Source: Candidatus Cloacimonadales bacterium
GTDB lineage: Bacteria; Cloacimonadota; Cloacimonadia; Cloacimonadales; JAFGVF01
Length of the DNA stretch: 64,000 bases
Direction: 5' to 3'
Assembly: GCA_963667035.1 (NCBI GenBank)
Contig: OY762964.1
Location: 2,080,001 to 2,144,000, forward strand
In this document: positions 31,269-42,100 of the stretch, one piece after another
Layout: every line of letters starts with the position of its first letter
How positions within the stretch are numbered: position 1 is the stretch's first letter
Notes under the pieces: model-generated
Told to the model about the DNA's origin: nothing
What the model saw: the letters and a program-made list of their open reading frames with translations, nothing else
Database searches by the model: none
Made by a program: the position numbers and the translations under genes

Positions 31269-31482
31269 TAATTCCTCTTTTCTTTGGTTAGCTTGGGTTA
31301 GATATTGAAAGATAAGTATGTCTGAAACATCGAAATTATGGCAAGTAATTTCTTGAATTATTGGCATTTCTATTTTGAACCGACAATATTCAAGTAATGT
31401 CCCAATCTCTATGGTTTCGTTATGACACATAATATTACTTTCGTCATATTTTATGTTTCATCTATTTACTCACATCAATTTC

Positions 31483-31627
31483 TCCATTTTTGTTTCCCTT
31501 TTGCGCTCCTTTTAACTACCGATTTTTCGGAAGATTTTCTCTCATTTTTCTCCCGTTTCTTTCCCGTTGCGAGCAACGGGAGACCAACGGGAGAGCAACG
31601 GGAGACTAACCCGAGAAAAACCTGTGG
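31483..31627. repeat. Inverted array of 11-bp repeats (CAACGGGAGA core)
   Basis: TCTCCCGTTTC/TTTCCCGTTGC-GA-GCAACGGGAGA/CCAACGGGAGA/GCAACGGGAGA/CTAACCCGAGA. Confidence 0.85.
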
Positions 31628-31664
31628 TTGGTGGACGCCTATAAAGAGCCATTATGGTGGGGCT

Positions 31665-31862
31665 ACAACGTCCTAAATAAAGTAGACACATATATAACTT
31701 AGAGAAATTAAAGGTTTACAGAAAATGAAACAGAAAACAGCATTATGTTATAGTGAAGTATTTAAATGTAAAGTAGTTAAAGAAATAGAGGATGGAGTCC
31801 TAACTATATCCGAGAGTGTAGCAAAACACTCCCGGATTACTATAGAAACAGCATGTGCTTAA
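31665..31862 (+). mobile_element. IS3-family left-end remnant with truncated OrfA (31725-31862)
   Basis: GTCCTAAATAAAGTAGACAC end-like motif, then MKQKTALCYSEVFKCKVVKEIEDGVLTISES..., matching the YS.EFK..VV..I..G..T HTH start of IS3 OrfA; stops at 45 aa. Confidence 0.6.
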
Positions 31863-31998
31863 AACAAATCCTATCTGACTACCTTTCCAATATCTCTCAA
31901 TGTTTTTGCTATGTAAGTTAACATGATTATATCTTGACTCTATGGTAAAGACTGCTATTTTGCCATAAATATCAATAAGATTTTTATATGGAGGATAT

Positions 31999-33351
31999 AT
32001 GAGTAAGTTAATGGTTAGTGTATCGGGGATTAGAGGTATTTTCGGAGATACACTTACTCCTGACGTTGTAATGAAGTATGCAGCAAAGTTCGGGATTCTT
32101 TGTAATAGAGGTAAGATACTTGTAGGTAGAGATTCCAGAACAACCGGACCAATAGTCTATCACTCTGTTGTTGCAGGACTTCTAAGTGTAGGTTGTGAAG
32201 TTGTTAATTTAGGAATAGTATCAACTCCAACTACTTTGTTAGCTGTAGAAGAATCAGATGCTGATGGAGGTCTATCGATAACCGCCTCACATAATCCTGC
32301 TCAATGGAATGCTTTGAAATTGGTTGGCGGAAACGGAATGTTTCTATTCCCCGAAAATGCTCAACAGTTTATAAAAGATATTGATACTCCTATAGATTAC
32401 TGTAATTGGGATGAAGTTCGTGGCGTTAGCGAAGACTTCGAAGCAACTCAAAGACATATCCACAAAATACTCAGCATTCCTTATCTTGACCTTGAGAAGA
32501 TAAGAGCAAGAAAGTTTAAGGTTGTATTGGATTCTGTTAATGGTGCAGGTGGAGTGATTTCACCAACACTGTTAAAAGAACTTGATTGCGAAGTGATTGA
32601 ATTGAATACGGAACCAACAGGTCATTTTGCCCACACTCCTGAACCTTTGACAAAGAATCTTACTCAAATTGCGGAAGCTGTTAGAGAACATGGAGCAGAC
32701 ATCGGTTTTGCAACAGATCCTGATGTTGATAGACTTGCCATTGTAAATGAAAAAGGCGAATGTATAGGTGAAGAGTTCTCAATTCTATTAGCAGAAAAAT
32801 ATATTCTGGCAAAGAATAAAGGTGATATTGTTATTAACTTATCATCTTCCATGGCTTCTGAAGATATTGCTAAAGACTTTGGAGTAACTGTTCATAGAAC
32901 CAAAGTAGGAGAAATCAACGTCGGCAAGAAAATGAAAGAGATTAAAAGCCCTGTCGGTGGAGAAGGCAACGGTGGAGTAATTGTACCTAAAGTTCACTAT
33001 ACAAGAGATGCTCCTGCCGGAATGGCTGTAATTCTTGGGTTACTGGCTGAAGACGGAAGAAAACTATCAGAGATTGTTTCCGAGATTCCTCATTATTACT
33101 TTGCTAAAGGTAAGATTGAGATTCCTGCTGACAAACTTGATCCGGTTATGCAGAATGCGGAAAAAGTCTATGCGGAATATGAAAAAGATACTCAAGACGG
33201 ACTGAAAATTATCGGTGATAAGTTCTGGATTCACATAAGAAAATCCGGTACTGAACCTATCATCAGAGTTTATGTCGAGAGCGAGACAGAGGAGAAATCA
33301 AACCTTATCTGCAAAGAAGCAATTGATAAAATTACTAATGGTATAGTATAG
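31999..33351 (+). CDS. glmM: Phosphoglucosamine mutase / phosphomannomutase
   Basis: SGIRG, TASHNP, DPDVDR, GEGNGG, RKSGTEP; substrate specificity not resolvable. Confidence 0.85.
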   Translation: MSKLMVSVSGIRGIFGDTLTPDVVMKYAAKFGILCNRGKILVGRDSRTTGPIVYHSVVAGLLSVGCEVVNLGIVSTPTTLLAVEESDADGGLSITASHNPAQWNALKLVGGNGMFLFPENAQQFIKDIDTPIDYCNWDEVRGVSEDFEATQRHIHKILSIPYLDLEKIRARKFKVVLDSVNGAGGVISPTLLKELDCEVIELNTEPTGHFAHTPEPLTKNLTQIAEAVREHGADIGFATDPDVDRLAIVNEKGECIGEEFSILLAEKYILAKNKGDIVINLSSSMASEDIAKDFGVTVHRTKVGEINVGKKMKEIKSPVGGEGNGGVIVPKVHYTRDAPAGMAVILGLLAEDGRKLSEIVSEIPHYYFAKGKIEIPADKLDPVMQNAEKVYAEYEKDTQDGLKIIGDKFWIHIRKSGTEPIIRVYVESETEEKSNLICKEAIDKITNGIV

Positions 33352-33363
33352 ATTGTTCATAGA

Positions 33364-33400
33364 GCTACCTGAACCGGATGGTTTCAGGTAGCCTTTTATT
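33364..33400 (+). terminator. Rho-independent terminator
   Basis: GCTACCTGAA-N9-TTCAGGTAGC-CTTTTATT. Confidence 0.75.
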
Positions 33401-33407
33401 GTCATAC

Positions 33408-33523
33408 TGAGCAAGTGAATCCAAGCATCATTTGTAAGTTTCGCTTTGCGTCGTACTTGTGGAATCATATTGATGCAAGCTTAGGAGCTCCTCCCAAGGA
33501 TCGTCGATTCAGTCACCCGTCCA
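33408..33523 (-). ncRNA. Candidate structured RNA of unknown family
   Basis: GC-richer intergenic stretch; closing stem plus two internal hairpins whose wobble pairs work only on the minus strand. Confidence 0.35.
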
Positions 33524-33544
33524 AAGAAATTGCAAGAGGTAAAC

Positions 33545-34618
33545 ATGCATATATTTAGATCCGATCTCAAGGATAAGAAACCTGTTAATGTGAACGTACC
33601 ACATAAAGAAATAATGATGTGCTTGAATGAGAGTACATTTAATCCCTTCAAAGAGCTAAAAGATGAGTTTATTAGGAATCTTGAGCAAGTTGAACTGAAC
33701 AGATACTATCAACCTGTTACCGAATCATTAACAAATGAGTTAGTTAGTTATGTCGGTCATGATTTGAAAGCCGAGAATCTTTTCTGGGGCAACGGTGCCG
33801 ATGAGATGCTTTACTATATATTTGTGGCGGTTAGAGAAGATAAAGAGTCGTTTGCATTATCCTTGTCTCCCTCCTATTTCGACTATAAAAGCTATTCGGG
33901 AGCAGTAGGACTAGATATTAAGTTTCTGACTCTTACTAAAACTTTTGACTTTGATGAAAATGCTTTTATTGAAACAATGAGAGATGATAATTGTAAATTA
34001 GGTATTTTGTGTAATCCGAACAACCCGACAGGGAATACTTTCTCCCTTGATAAGATTCATAGAGTTATCCAGTCAACAGATAAACCTATAATCGTAGATG
34101 AAACGTACTTTGAGTTTTCTAATATCACACTAGCCGATTATATCAACAAATATCCTAATCTGTTAATAGTAAGATCTTTCTCCAAAGCCTTTTCAGGAGC
34201 AGGATTAAGATTTGGTTATATGCTTTCAAATAAATACAATATAGAACAGATACGAAAAGTCCAGACTGTGTTTAATAGTAGTCTACTTATACAGACTATG
34301 GTCTTAACAATGCTTGAGAACAAAGAGATTATGCTTGGACATACTGAGAATGTGATTAAGCAAAGGAACTCAATGCTAGAGGTGATGAGCTCAATAGAAG
34401 GTGTAATCGTTTATAAATCTGCAACAAACTTTCTAACCTTTACACTGGGAGAACTCACTCAAGAATTCTTCCTTTATCTACAGGATAGAGAGATTGCAAT
34501 ACGTGATGTTGGTGCTCATCCGGTACTCAAGAACTGTTTGAGAGTTACCGTTAGCTCTGAAGAACACAATAAACTGTTTATTGATTACTTGAAAGAATAT
34601 ATGGAGTTAATGAAATGA
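33545..34618 (+). CDS. hisC: Histidinol-phosphate aminotransferase-family (class II PLP) enzyme
   Basis: ATG 33545 after GAGGT; LNE, GNGADE, CNPNNPTG, VDETY.EF, RSFSKAF..AGLRFGY. Confidence 0.75.
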   Translation: MHIFRSDLKDKKPVNVNVPHKEIMMCLNESTFNPFKELKDEFIRNLEQVELNRYYQPVTESLTNELVSYVGHDLKAENLFWGNGADEMLYYIFVAVREDKESFALSLSPSYFDYKSYSGAVGLDIKFLTLTKTFDFDENAFIETMRDDNCKLGILCNPNNPTGNTFSLDKIHRVIQSTDKPIIVDETYFEFSNITLADYINKYPNLLIVRSFSKAFSGAGLRFGYMLSNKYNIEQIRKVQTVFNSSLLIQTMVLTMLENKEIMLGHTENVIKQRNSMLEVMSSIEGVIVYKSATNFLTFTLGELTQEFFLYLQDREIAIRDVGAHPVLKNCLRVTVSSEEHNKLFIDYLKEYMELMK

Positions 34619-35379
34619 AAGAAAGAATAGAGAAGATAATACTCGATGCCGGAGAGATAATAAAAGATAACTTTTATCTTGAAAAGAATGTGACAACTAA
34701 ATCAACCGGGATTGACCTTGTTACCGATATTGATAAGAAAGTTGAATTATATTTAAAAGATAAACTCTCGGAAGTAATTCCCGACTCTGCTTTTTGGGCT
34801 GAAGAGACTGACAATAAATTCACGGAAGCCAAGTATCTTTGGATAATCGACCCGATCGACGGTACAACAAACTTTGTGCATAAATTCCCGTTTGTTGCCA
34901 TATCTGTTGCTCTCCGGATAGATAACATTACTCGAATGGGTTTTGTCTATAATCCTATCATGAATGAGTTTTTCTATGCGGAAAAAGGTGGAGGAGCTTT
35001 CCTTAATGGTAGTAGAATCCATGTTGCAAAAGAAACAAGTTTAAAAGCTTCATTAATGGCAACAGGATTCCCTTATGATTATGATGCCACACCTAACAAT
35101 ATGAGACACTTCGATGCTATGATGGAACAAGTACAAGGAATAAGAAGACCAGGATCAGCTGCTCTTGATTTGTGTCATACTGCTAACGGAGTCTTTAATG
35201 GATATTGGGAATTTCATTTGCAACCTTGGGATATGGCAGCAGGTATTTTAATAGTGGAAGAAGCAGGTGGTATAGTTCTTAATACGGAAGGTAAAAACCA
35301 TACTCTTACAGATAAAGGATTAATCTGTGGTAACAAACAAATAGTAGATAATATGCTCTCAGTATTCTCAGGAATATAG
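34615..35379 (+). CDS. suhB: Inositol monophosphatase family protein
   Basis: DLVT.ID, AEE, WIIDPIDGTTNF, RRPGSAALDL, PWDMAAG. Confidence 0.85.
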   Translation: MKERIEKIILDAGEIIKDNFYLEKNVTTKSTGIDLVTDIDKKVELYLKDKLSEVIPDSAFWAEETDNKFTEAKYLWIIDPIDGTTNFVHKFPFVAISVALRIDNITRMGFVYNPIMNEFFYAEKGGGAFLNGSRIHVAKETSLKASLMATGFPYDYDATPNNMRHFDAMMEQVQGIRRPGSAALDLCHTANGVFNGYWEFHLQPWDMAAGILIVEEAGGIVLNTEGKNHTLTDKGLICGNKQIVDNMLSVFSGI

Positions 35380-35433
35380 AACGATAAGAAACAAAAAGAC
35401 AATAGGGATTATACTCAAATTGTTTCTGAGAAA

Positions 35434-36336
35434 CTACCATTCCCCTACTAGTCGTAGTTCTCTTTCCAAAGTTACACCAAATTGCTTTAGAACTGTAGCT
35501 TGTGTAAACTTTATTAGGTTTACCACGTCTTCTGCTGTCGCATTATCCTGATTAACAATGAAACCACAATGTTTATCCGATACTCTTGCTCCACCAATCT
35601 GATGCCCTCTTAAACCACAATCATCAACAAGCTTGCCAGTGAAAAAACCTTCAGGACGTTTAAAAACACTTCCTGCACTTGGTAACACCATTGGCTGTTT
35701 AAGCCAACGTTGCTCTTTTAGCTGCTCCATCTGATTGGATATGTCTTCAAAATTACCTTTAGCCAACTTGAAAGTAGCACTTAAAACTATGTAGTTATCA
35801 GTCTGAATGAGACTATGTCTATAATCGAATTGCATCTCATGAAGTGATTTTTCTATCAAGATACCTTGTAAATTCATAAGCAAAGCTTTCTCAAAGCAGT
35901 CCTTTATTTCTCCACCATAGGCACCCGCATTCATTGTCACTGCACCTCCGACTGAACCCGGTATACCGTAAGCAAATTCAAGTCCGGTTAAGCTTAACTG
36001 CTTTGCTCTTATAGTTAAATCCTCTAGCAATACTCCACTTTCTGCAGTAAGTCTGTTGTCTTCATAACTTATACTATTAAGCTTCGTCATATCCAGAACA
36101 ATACCTCTAATTCCTTTATCACTAACAAGAATGTTAGAGCCGTTCCCAAGAATGAAGTAGGGTAGTTCATTTTGCTGAATAAAGCGAAATAGTTTAGTGA
36201 ACTCCTCAATAGATTGGGGAATTATAAAAAGGTCAGCCGGGCCACCTATTTTAAAGGATGTATGATTCTTTAACAATTCGTTTTCAATGATTGTGGAGTC
36301 AGGGAATTCGGAAATTAGTTTTAGGTAATTATTCAT
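35434..36336 (-). CDS. murB: UDP-N-acetylenolpyruvoylglucosamine reductase
   Basis: HTSFKIGGPAD, GNGSN, GIPGSVGGA..MNAGAYG, PSAGSVFK; start at ATG 36336. Confidence 0.96.
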   Translation of the reverse strand: MNNYLKLISEFPDSTIIENELLKNHTSFKIGGPADLFIIPQSIEEFTKLFRFIQQNELPYFILGNGSNILVSDKGIRGIVLDMTKLNSISYEDNRLTAESGVLLEDLTIRAKQLSLTGLEFAYGIPGSVGGAVTMNAGAYGGEIKDCFEKALLMNLQGILIEKSLHEMQFDYRHSLIQTDNYIVLSATFKLAKGNFEDISNQMEQLKEQRWLKQPMVLPSAGSVFKRPEGFFTGKLVDDCGLRGHQIGGARVSDKHCGFIVNQDNATAEDVVNLIKFTQATVLKQFGVTLERELRLVGEW

Positions 36337-39184
36337 CTTCGTATAGTGGTTTTTTAAGAAAAGGTAGAACCTGAGCTTGTAATTCTCCAATTGAATGAGT
36401 ATCTACAGCGGGAATCGGAAGTACTTCCTTAAAATACTTTCCGTATCTCTTCGTATTTACTCGGTTATCAAGAATGATAATAACACCTCTATCCCTTTTT
36501 GAACGTATAAGACGACCAAATCCCTGTCTTAGCTTAAGAAGAGCATTGGGGACCATGTAGTGCATAAACGAGTTTTTACCTTCAGCTTCCAGCATCTCAA
36601 TATATGCTTCTACAATCGGATCAGAAGGCACCTGGAAAGGTAATTTGTTCAGTATTAACAGTTCAAGTGATTTACCGGGAACATCCACTCCTTCCCAGAA
36701 AGAGCTTGTCCCTAAAAGAATAGCTTGCCCATGCTTTTTAAATTCATTAAGTAAAACTGTTCTGTTGCCACTCTTTCCTTGAGCCAGAATGCTTAATCCT
36801 TGCTTGGCAAAATCTTCTGCAATGGCTTCATAAGTATTATTCAAATCCTTGAATGAAGTGTATAAAATAAGAGTTCCTACTTTTGCAGTAGGGAGTAAAT
36901 CCTCTAATAATCTAAGTGTTTGATTATGGAACAGGTTATCCTGAGGAGCAGGAAGAAAACCTGTTGTTATTAACTTTGCTTGTTTATTATAATCAAAAGG
37001 AGATTCTACAACTGTCTCGATAGCTTTTTCATCAGGTAACAGGTTTATTCCCATTCGATTGCGGAAATACTTAAAACTCCCTCTTAAAGCTAATGTTGCA
37101 GATGTAAAGACAATAGTATCGACTCTGTTGTATAGAATTTCGTTAAGTACTGAGCTAACATTCAAAGGAGCGTAATTGAGTGTCACCTGATAAGCTTTAT
37201 TCTCAATTCCCGGTTTTCCTTCCAACCATAGAGCATGATTTTCAAGACCTTTATCAATCAACTCATCAATTTCTTTCCTAACTTCAGATATTCTCTTATC
37301 CATACCTTCAAGTTGATTCATGTGCTCTTCAAGATTTGCCATTATCTTTTCGCTAATGGTCGATAGCGTATGATGAATTGAACCAAGCTTTTGGCTGACA
37401 GCAGTCCAGAATTTAGAAATCTCACTTAGACCTGAGACAAGCTTCTCAATATCATCATCCGTTTTTAGACGTAGCTTATTCCAATCTCCTCTTTCTTCCA
37501 GTTCCTTAGCTAAATCCTCAAAGAAGTCGGTTGTAAAATCCAATTTTAACTTTAGCTCGGTTGTTAAAGCTGAAATGGCTTTGGTCAGTACCTCTTTATA
37601 GGATTTATCCATATTACTGTTTTCAATATCTTTATGCAGTCCGGTTAGAATCCCTGATTCATGCTTCTGACTCTTAAAATAGAGAGCATTGTTTAATCCC
37701 GTGAAATCAGAATAGTTTAACTGGAATCCCATGTGCTTCGACGCAATATCAGGAAGATTATGTGCTTCATCACAAATCAGGCAGTTATAGTCACCTAACG
37801 TAGCACTTTCATTACTTAAATCCGCTAACATTAGAGAGTGGTTAATTATAATCAGATTTGCGTCTTTCAGCTTCTCTCTTACCTGCATATAGTGGCAATT
37901 CTTATAATGGGAGCAACGCTTACCTGAACATATATATCTATCAGCTAATAGTTTCTTCCACAATCCACTAAACCTATTCTTATCAAATGAACTGTTCTCA
38001 GATACATCACCGGTAGTTGTGAACTCTTTCCAGATCACTAGATAGAGTAAACCTTGTAATTCATAAGGACTACTGATATCAGCAAGATTAAAAGTAACAT
38101 TATCCCAATAACGATTACAAATATAATTATCTCTTCCTTTGACTAGTCCTGCTGTAAAAGGTATTGGTAATATCTCTTTCAGGACCGGAATGTCTTTGAA
38201 GAAAAGCTGCTCCTGTAGGTTCTTAGTATTTGTAGAAATGACTACTCTTTCTTTATTCTCATAGCTATACTTAATTGCAGGTATAAGATATGCAATGGAT
38301 TTTCCAACTCCGGTTCCCGCTTCAACAAGAAGATGCTTCTTGTCCTGTAAAGACTTCTCGACCGCAACCGACATTGCAATCTGTCCGTTTCTCTTTTCAT
38401 AATTTGGAAACTTCTTGCTGAAGAAAGAGTCCTCTTCAAAAAGTCTCTCAATATCATAAGAATTAGGAGCTTGTGTATTATGTTCAATGAAATTACCAAT
38501 CCCTTTCATGGGAGGAAGTGGTCTCTTCGTTTGTAGTAGGGCATACTTTCTTTGATAACTAACTACTTTTTCAAGAAATACAGCCAGAGAAGTGTCTATA
38601 TCAATGCTTCGAGCAATTGTAAGAAGATTGCTGTTGAGACGAATATCAATGTATCTATCAATATACTCTAAGAGCTTAATGAAAACCTTAGCTGTAGTAT
38701 CCGCATCATGAATGGCTCTATGAGCCAAAGGATTAACAACATTAAAATACTCTGCTACGGTACCAAGCTTATGATTGGGCTCGAACGGAAGATAAATCCT
38801 TGTTAACTCAAGTGTATCAAACACATGATTTGTAGGTGGTATTATAGCGTTAAGCATCATGTGATGAGTAACAAAAGGCAGGTCAAAATTTGAGTTATGA
38901 GCAATAAGATAATCATCACCAATAAACTCTCTAAATGCTTCCAATACTTCTGCAACAGGTTTTCCTGATTCTATCTCTTCATCAGTTATATGTGTTAACT
39001 GTTTTATAAAAAAGGGTACTTTTTCTTTTGGCTTGATAAACTCTGAAAATCTTCCTACTTCTATTCCGGCAGAGTATTTAACTGCTCCAATTTCAATAAT
39101 CTCACATGTTTCTTTGTTTAAACCTGTTGTTTCAATATCAAAAGATACGAAATCTATATTAGTAATTTTTGTGTCTTCTTTCAA
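36329..39184 (-). CDS. dinG: DnaQ exonuclease / DinG helicase fusion
   Basis: DIETTG, AHN..FD, HRA..DA (DEDDh); EAGTGVGKS, DEAH, TSAT, EGVDVPG, QGFGRLIR; Fe-S cysteines. Confidence 0.93.
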   Translation of the reverse strand: MKEDTKITNIDFVSFDIETTGLNKETCEIIEIGAVKYSAGIEVGRFSEFIKPKEKVPFFIKQLTHITDEEIESGKPVAEVLEAFREFIGDDYLIAHNSNFDLPFVTHHMMLNAIIPPTNHVFDTLELTRIYLPFEPNHKLGTVAEYFNVVNPLAHRAIHDADTTAKVFIKLLEYIDRYIDIRLNSNLLTIARSIDIDTSLAVFLEKVVSYQRKYALLQTKRPLPPMKGIGNFIEHNTQAPNSYDIERLFEEDSFFSKKFPNYEKRNGQIAMSVAVEKSLQDKKHLLVEAGTGVGKSIAYLIPAIKYSYENKERVVISTNTKNLQEQLFFKDIPVLKEILPIPFTAGLVKGRDNYICNRYWDNVTFNLADISSPYELQGLLYLVIWKEFTTTGDVSENSSFDKNRFSGLWKKLLADRYICSGKRCSHYKNCHYMQVREKLKDANLIIINHSLMLADLSNESATLGDYNCLICDEAHNLPDIASKHMGFQLNYSDFTGLNNALYFKSQKHESGILTGLHKDIENSNMDKSYKEVLTKAISALTTELKLKLDFTTDFFEDLAKELEERGDWNKLRLKTDDDIEKLVSGLSEISKFWTAVSQKLGSIHHTLSTISEKIMANLEEHMNQLEGMDKRISEVRKEIDELIDKGLENHALWLEGKPGIENKAYQVTLNYAPLNVSSVLNEILYNRVDTIVFTSATLALRGSFKYFRNRMGINLLPDEKAIETVVESPFDYNKQAKLITTGFLPAPQDNLFHNQTLRLLEDLLPTAKVGTLILYTSFKDLNNTYEAIAEDFAKQGLSILAQGKSGNRTVLLNEFKKHGQAILLGTSSFWEGVDVPGKSLELLILNKLPFQVPSDPIVEAYIEMLEAEGKNSFMHYMVPNALLKLRQGFGRLIRSKRDRGVIIILDNRVNTKRYGKYFKEVLPIPAVDTHSIGELQAQVLPFLKKPLYEDE

Positions 39185-39196
39185 ATTCTTCCTCTT

Positions 39197-42100
39197 CTAT
39201 TCCCCATCATCTTCGATGCCATCTTTGAAGAGTTCATATCTTCTCATTTTCTTTATCAAACCTTGTCTACTTAGACCAAGATGTTTTGCAGCTTTTGTCT
39301 GATTCCATTCCGTCACCTCAAGAGCTTCCATAATCATGTTCTTTTCCAGTCTCTCTACAGCTTCTTTAAGACTAACATTTTGAGTTAACATATTTACAGC
39401 TTGAGTGTTTTCTGCAAATCTGAAGATCTCTTCCGAGAAGTCTGACGGTTTGATATAGGATTCATCATCAGCTAAAGTAACAGCTCTTTCTATTTCATTT
39501 TCCAGCTGTCTGACATTACCGGGGAAACTGTAGCTCATAAGATATTTAAGAGCTTCGTCGGTAAATCCCTTTATCTGCTTGTTGATTCTCTTATTGAATT
39601 TATCCAGGAAGTGGATAGCAAGAAGAGGTATATCTGTTGCTCTTTCGCTTAATGCCGGGACTTCAATTTTAATAACATTCAGTCGGTAATACAAATCAAG
39701 TCTGAATTCGCCTTGTTCAACTTTCTTCTTCAAAGATACATTAGTAGCACAAACAACTCTTACATTGACTTTCTCGGTTTTTGTTGAACCGACCCTTTTT
39801 ACTTCTCCTTCTTGGAGAAATCTTAAGAGCTTAGCTTGGGTAGAAAGACTTATATCAGCAATTTCATCAAGGAAAAATGTTCCTCCGTCTGCAATCTCAA
39901 AAAGTCCTTTCTTGTCGTATGCAGCTCCTGTGAAAGAACCTTTAACATGTCCGAATAACTCACTTTCAAGCAAGGTTTCAGGTAGTGCACCGCAATATTG
40001 GGCAACAAAAGCTTTGTTCTTTCTGTTTGAACTATAATGAATAGCTCTGGCAATCAATTCTTTACCTGTACCACTCGGACCTTCCAAAAATACGGTAGTT
40101 GGTGTATCTTTAATTTTTCGAATTATATCGAAGATTGCCATCATCTTCTCATGCTTGCCAATAATGTTAGCAAAAATATTAGAAGAGTTCAGCTCTTCAC
40201 GTATAATCTCATGAGTCTTTTCTAAGTTTGTTGCTCTTATGTTTTCAACACTAACGATAATCTGATTTGTCAAAGCATTTAAGAGATTGTTTATCTGGTC
40301 ATTAAAGTAATAACTTTCATGATTTGAGAAGAGCAAAATCACACCTAGAGATTGGTTTCTCATGTTCATAGGGAAAGTTATAACATGATTGTATTTCTTT
40401 CCTTCCTGTGGTTGTTTAAGACTCAAGCGTTTCTTTTGATTGTATGTTTCAAGAATTAATCGCATAAAGTAATCATACGCTTGGTCCTTGAATGTAAAGT
40501 TTCTGAATAGCTTGTATTCCCAACTCTCAGGCATATTCTCAGCATTATACAAGCAGAGTATACCACCATCGGCTTCTGAGATGTTAATAATCTCATCAAT
40601 AGCTGTGTTAAGGAGAAGGTCAAAGTCGTGAATTTCGTTGAGCATTTCAGAGATTGCATAGAATTTATCTAATATACTCTCCTGATACTTAGCTTCATCA
40701 ACTTTCTTCTTGTATTCTTTATTTATCTTCTCGTATAGTAGGTCATTTTGCTCAAGTATCTTTATTGAACCGAAATTTTTAATTACATTTTTGTTTCTTT
40801 TAAGTATATTTAAGGCTTCTTCAGCTTCGCCCGTCTCTGCCACGATATTAGCTAATTCATAGTTGGCTTCGGCTAATTCATAAATTTTGTTGTGTCTTTC
40901 AAATATCTCGACAGCTTTCTCAAGATGTCCCTTAGCCTTATTCAGATCTTTTCTATCAAGTTTAGCTCTTAGGAACCAAGTATTCCCTATCTCGTATTCA
41001 TTATTAAGCTCTTTTGCTAAATTATAAGACATTTTTAAATAGTAATCCGCACTTTCATGGTTCATTGTAACTATAAAATAAACTGCTTGTTTCTGACATC
41101 CCTCAATGATTTCGTTCTTTGCTTCCAAGGCCTTAAAGTAGTCAAAACTCTCTACCAAATATCTATATGCTTCTTTAAATTTATGCATTTTTGTTAAGGT
41201 CGAGCCAAGGTTACCATAAATTTGAGCTTTAATATACTGATCATTTATCTGTGGAAGAAGTTCAAGTCCCTTAAAGTATAAATCATAGGCGATGTTTAAT
41301 TCACCTCGTTTCTCATAGAGTTCACCGAGGTTTATATAGGAGCGAATCAAACCGTCTACGAAGTCAGTCTCTTCCGATTTACCTATAGCTCTTTCATAAG
41401 TATCGATTGCTTCATTCCATTTACCTTGTTGGAAATAAAGAGCACCAATGTTATTCAGAGTTGCAATAGTATTCCTATGGAAGCTGAAATTGATGGCAGT
41501 CTGTAATGACTTATTATATGCCTCTTCTGCTTTATCAAACTCACTGTTATCCATGTGCGTAACACCAATATTATTATAAATATTGGTTATATTGTACGGA
41601 TCACTAAGAAGTTTCTGAATATTCAAGCCTTGGTATAAGTAATAGATTGATTTTTCTTTATCACCTTTATCGTCCATTAATCCGCCAAGATTGTTATAGC
41701 ATATTGACATTCCGTTAAGGTTGTATCTTGATTTTTCAATTTCCAAACTCTTCAGGAATAAAGCTTCACTCTCTTCCCAGTTTCCGCTTAGCATGGGTAT
41801 AACAGCTAAATTGTTATATATAGCTGCAAGACCGCTTATTACATTTCCTTGCTCAAAATATGACTTTGCATCATTGAAACAATTCTCTGCATGATCCCAG
41901 TCATTCGAGTAGTAATATATCTTACCTCTGGCTTTGTGGCAGTTACCAAGTACGGTATTTCTTATTTTTTCACCTTCTATTTTAAACGCTGCCTGAAGGG
42001 CTTTATCCAATTGAGGCATTGCATTCCCAAAATCTTCTTTCTCAGTGAGAATTTCTGCCTTTAATATCAGCAAATTAGCTTTAAAAGTATTTTCCAATTC

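Noticed and set aside
31549..31627. CRISPR array interpretation of the CAACGGGAGA repeats
   Set aside because: Units are 11 bp and contiguous with no unique spacers; no cas genes in the window.
31422..31676. 84-aa ORF over the repeat element, plus ORFs 9211-9408 and 9859-10062
   Set aside because: Low-complexity translations of repeat or promoter DNA with no protein motifs or good SD.
33440..33456. c-di-GMP-I riboswitch (minus strand contains GACGCAAAGC)
   Set aside because: The upstream GGCAAA and GNRA-capped P2 stem are missing, and no downstream gene lies on that strand.
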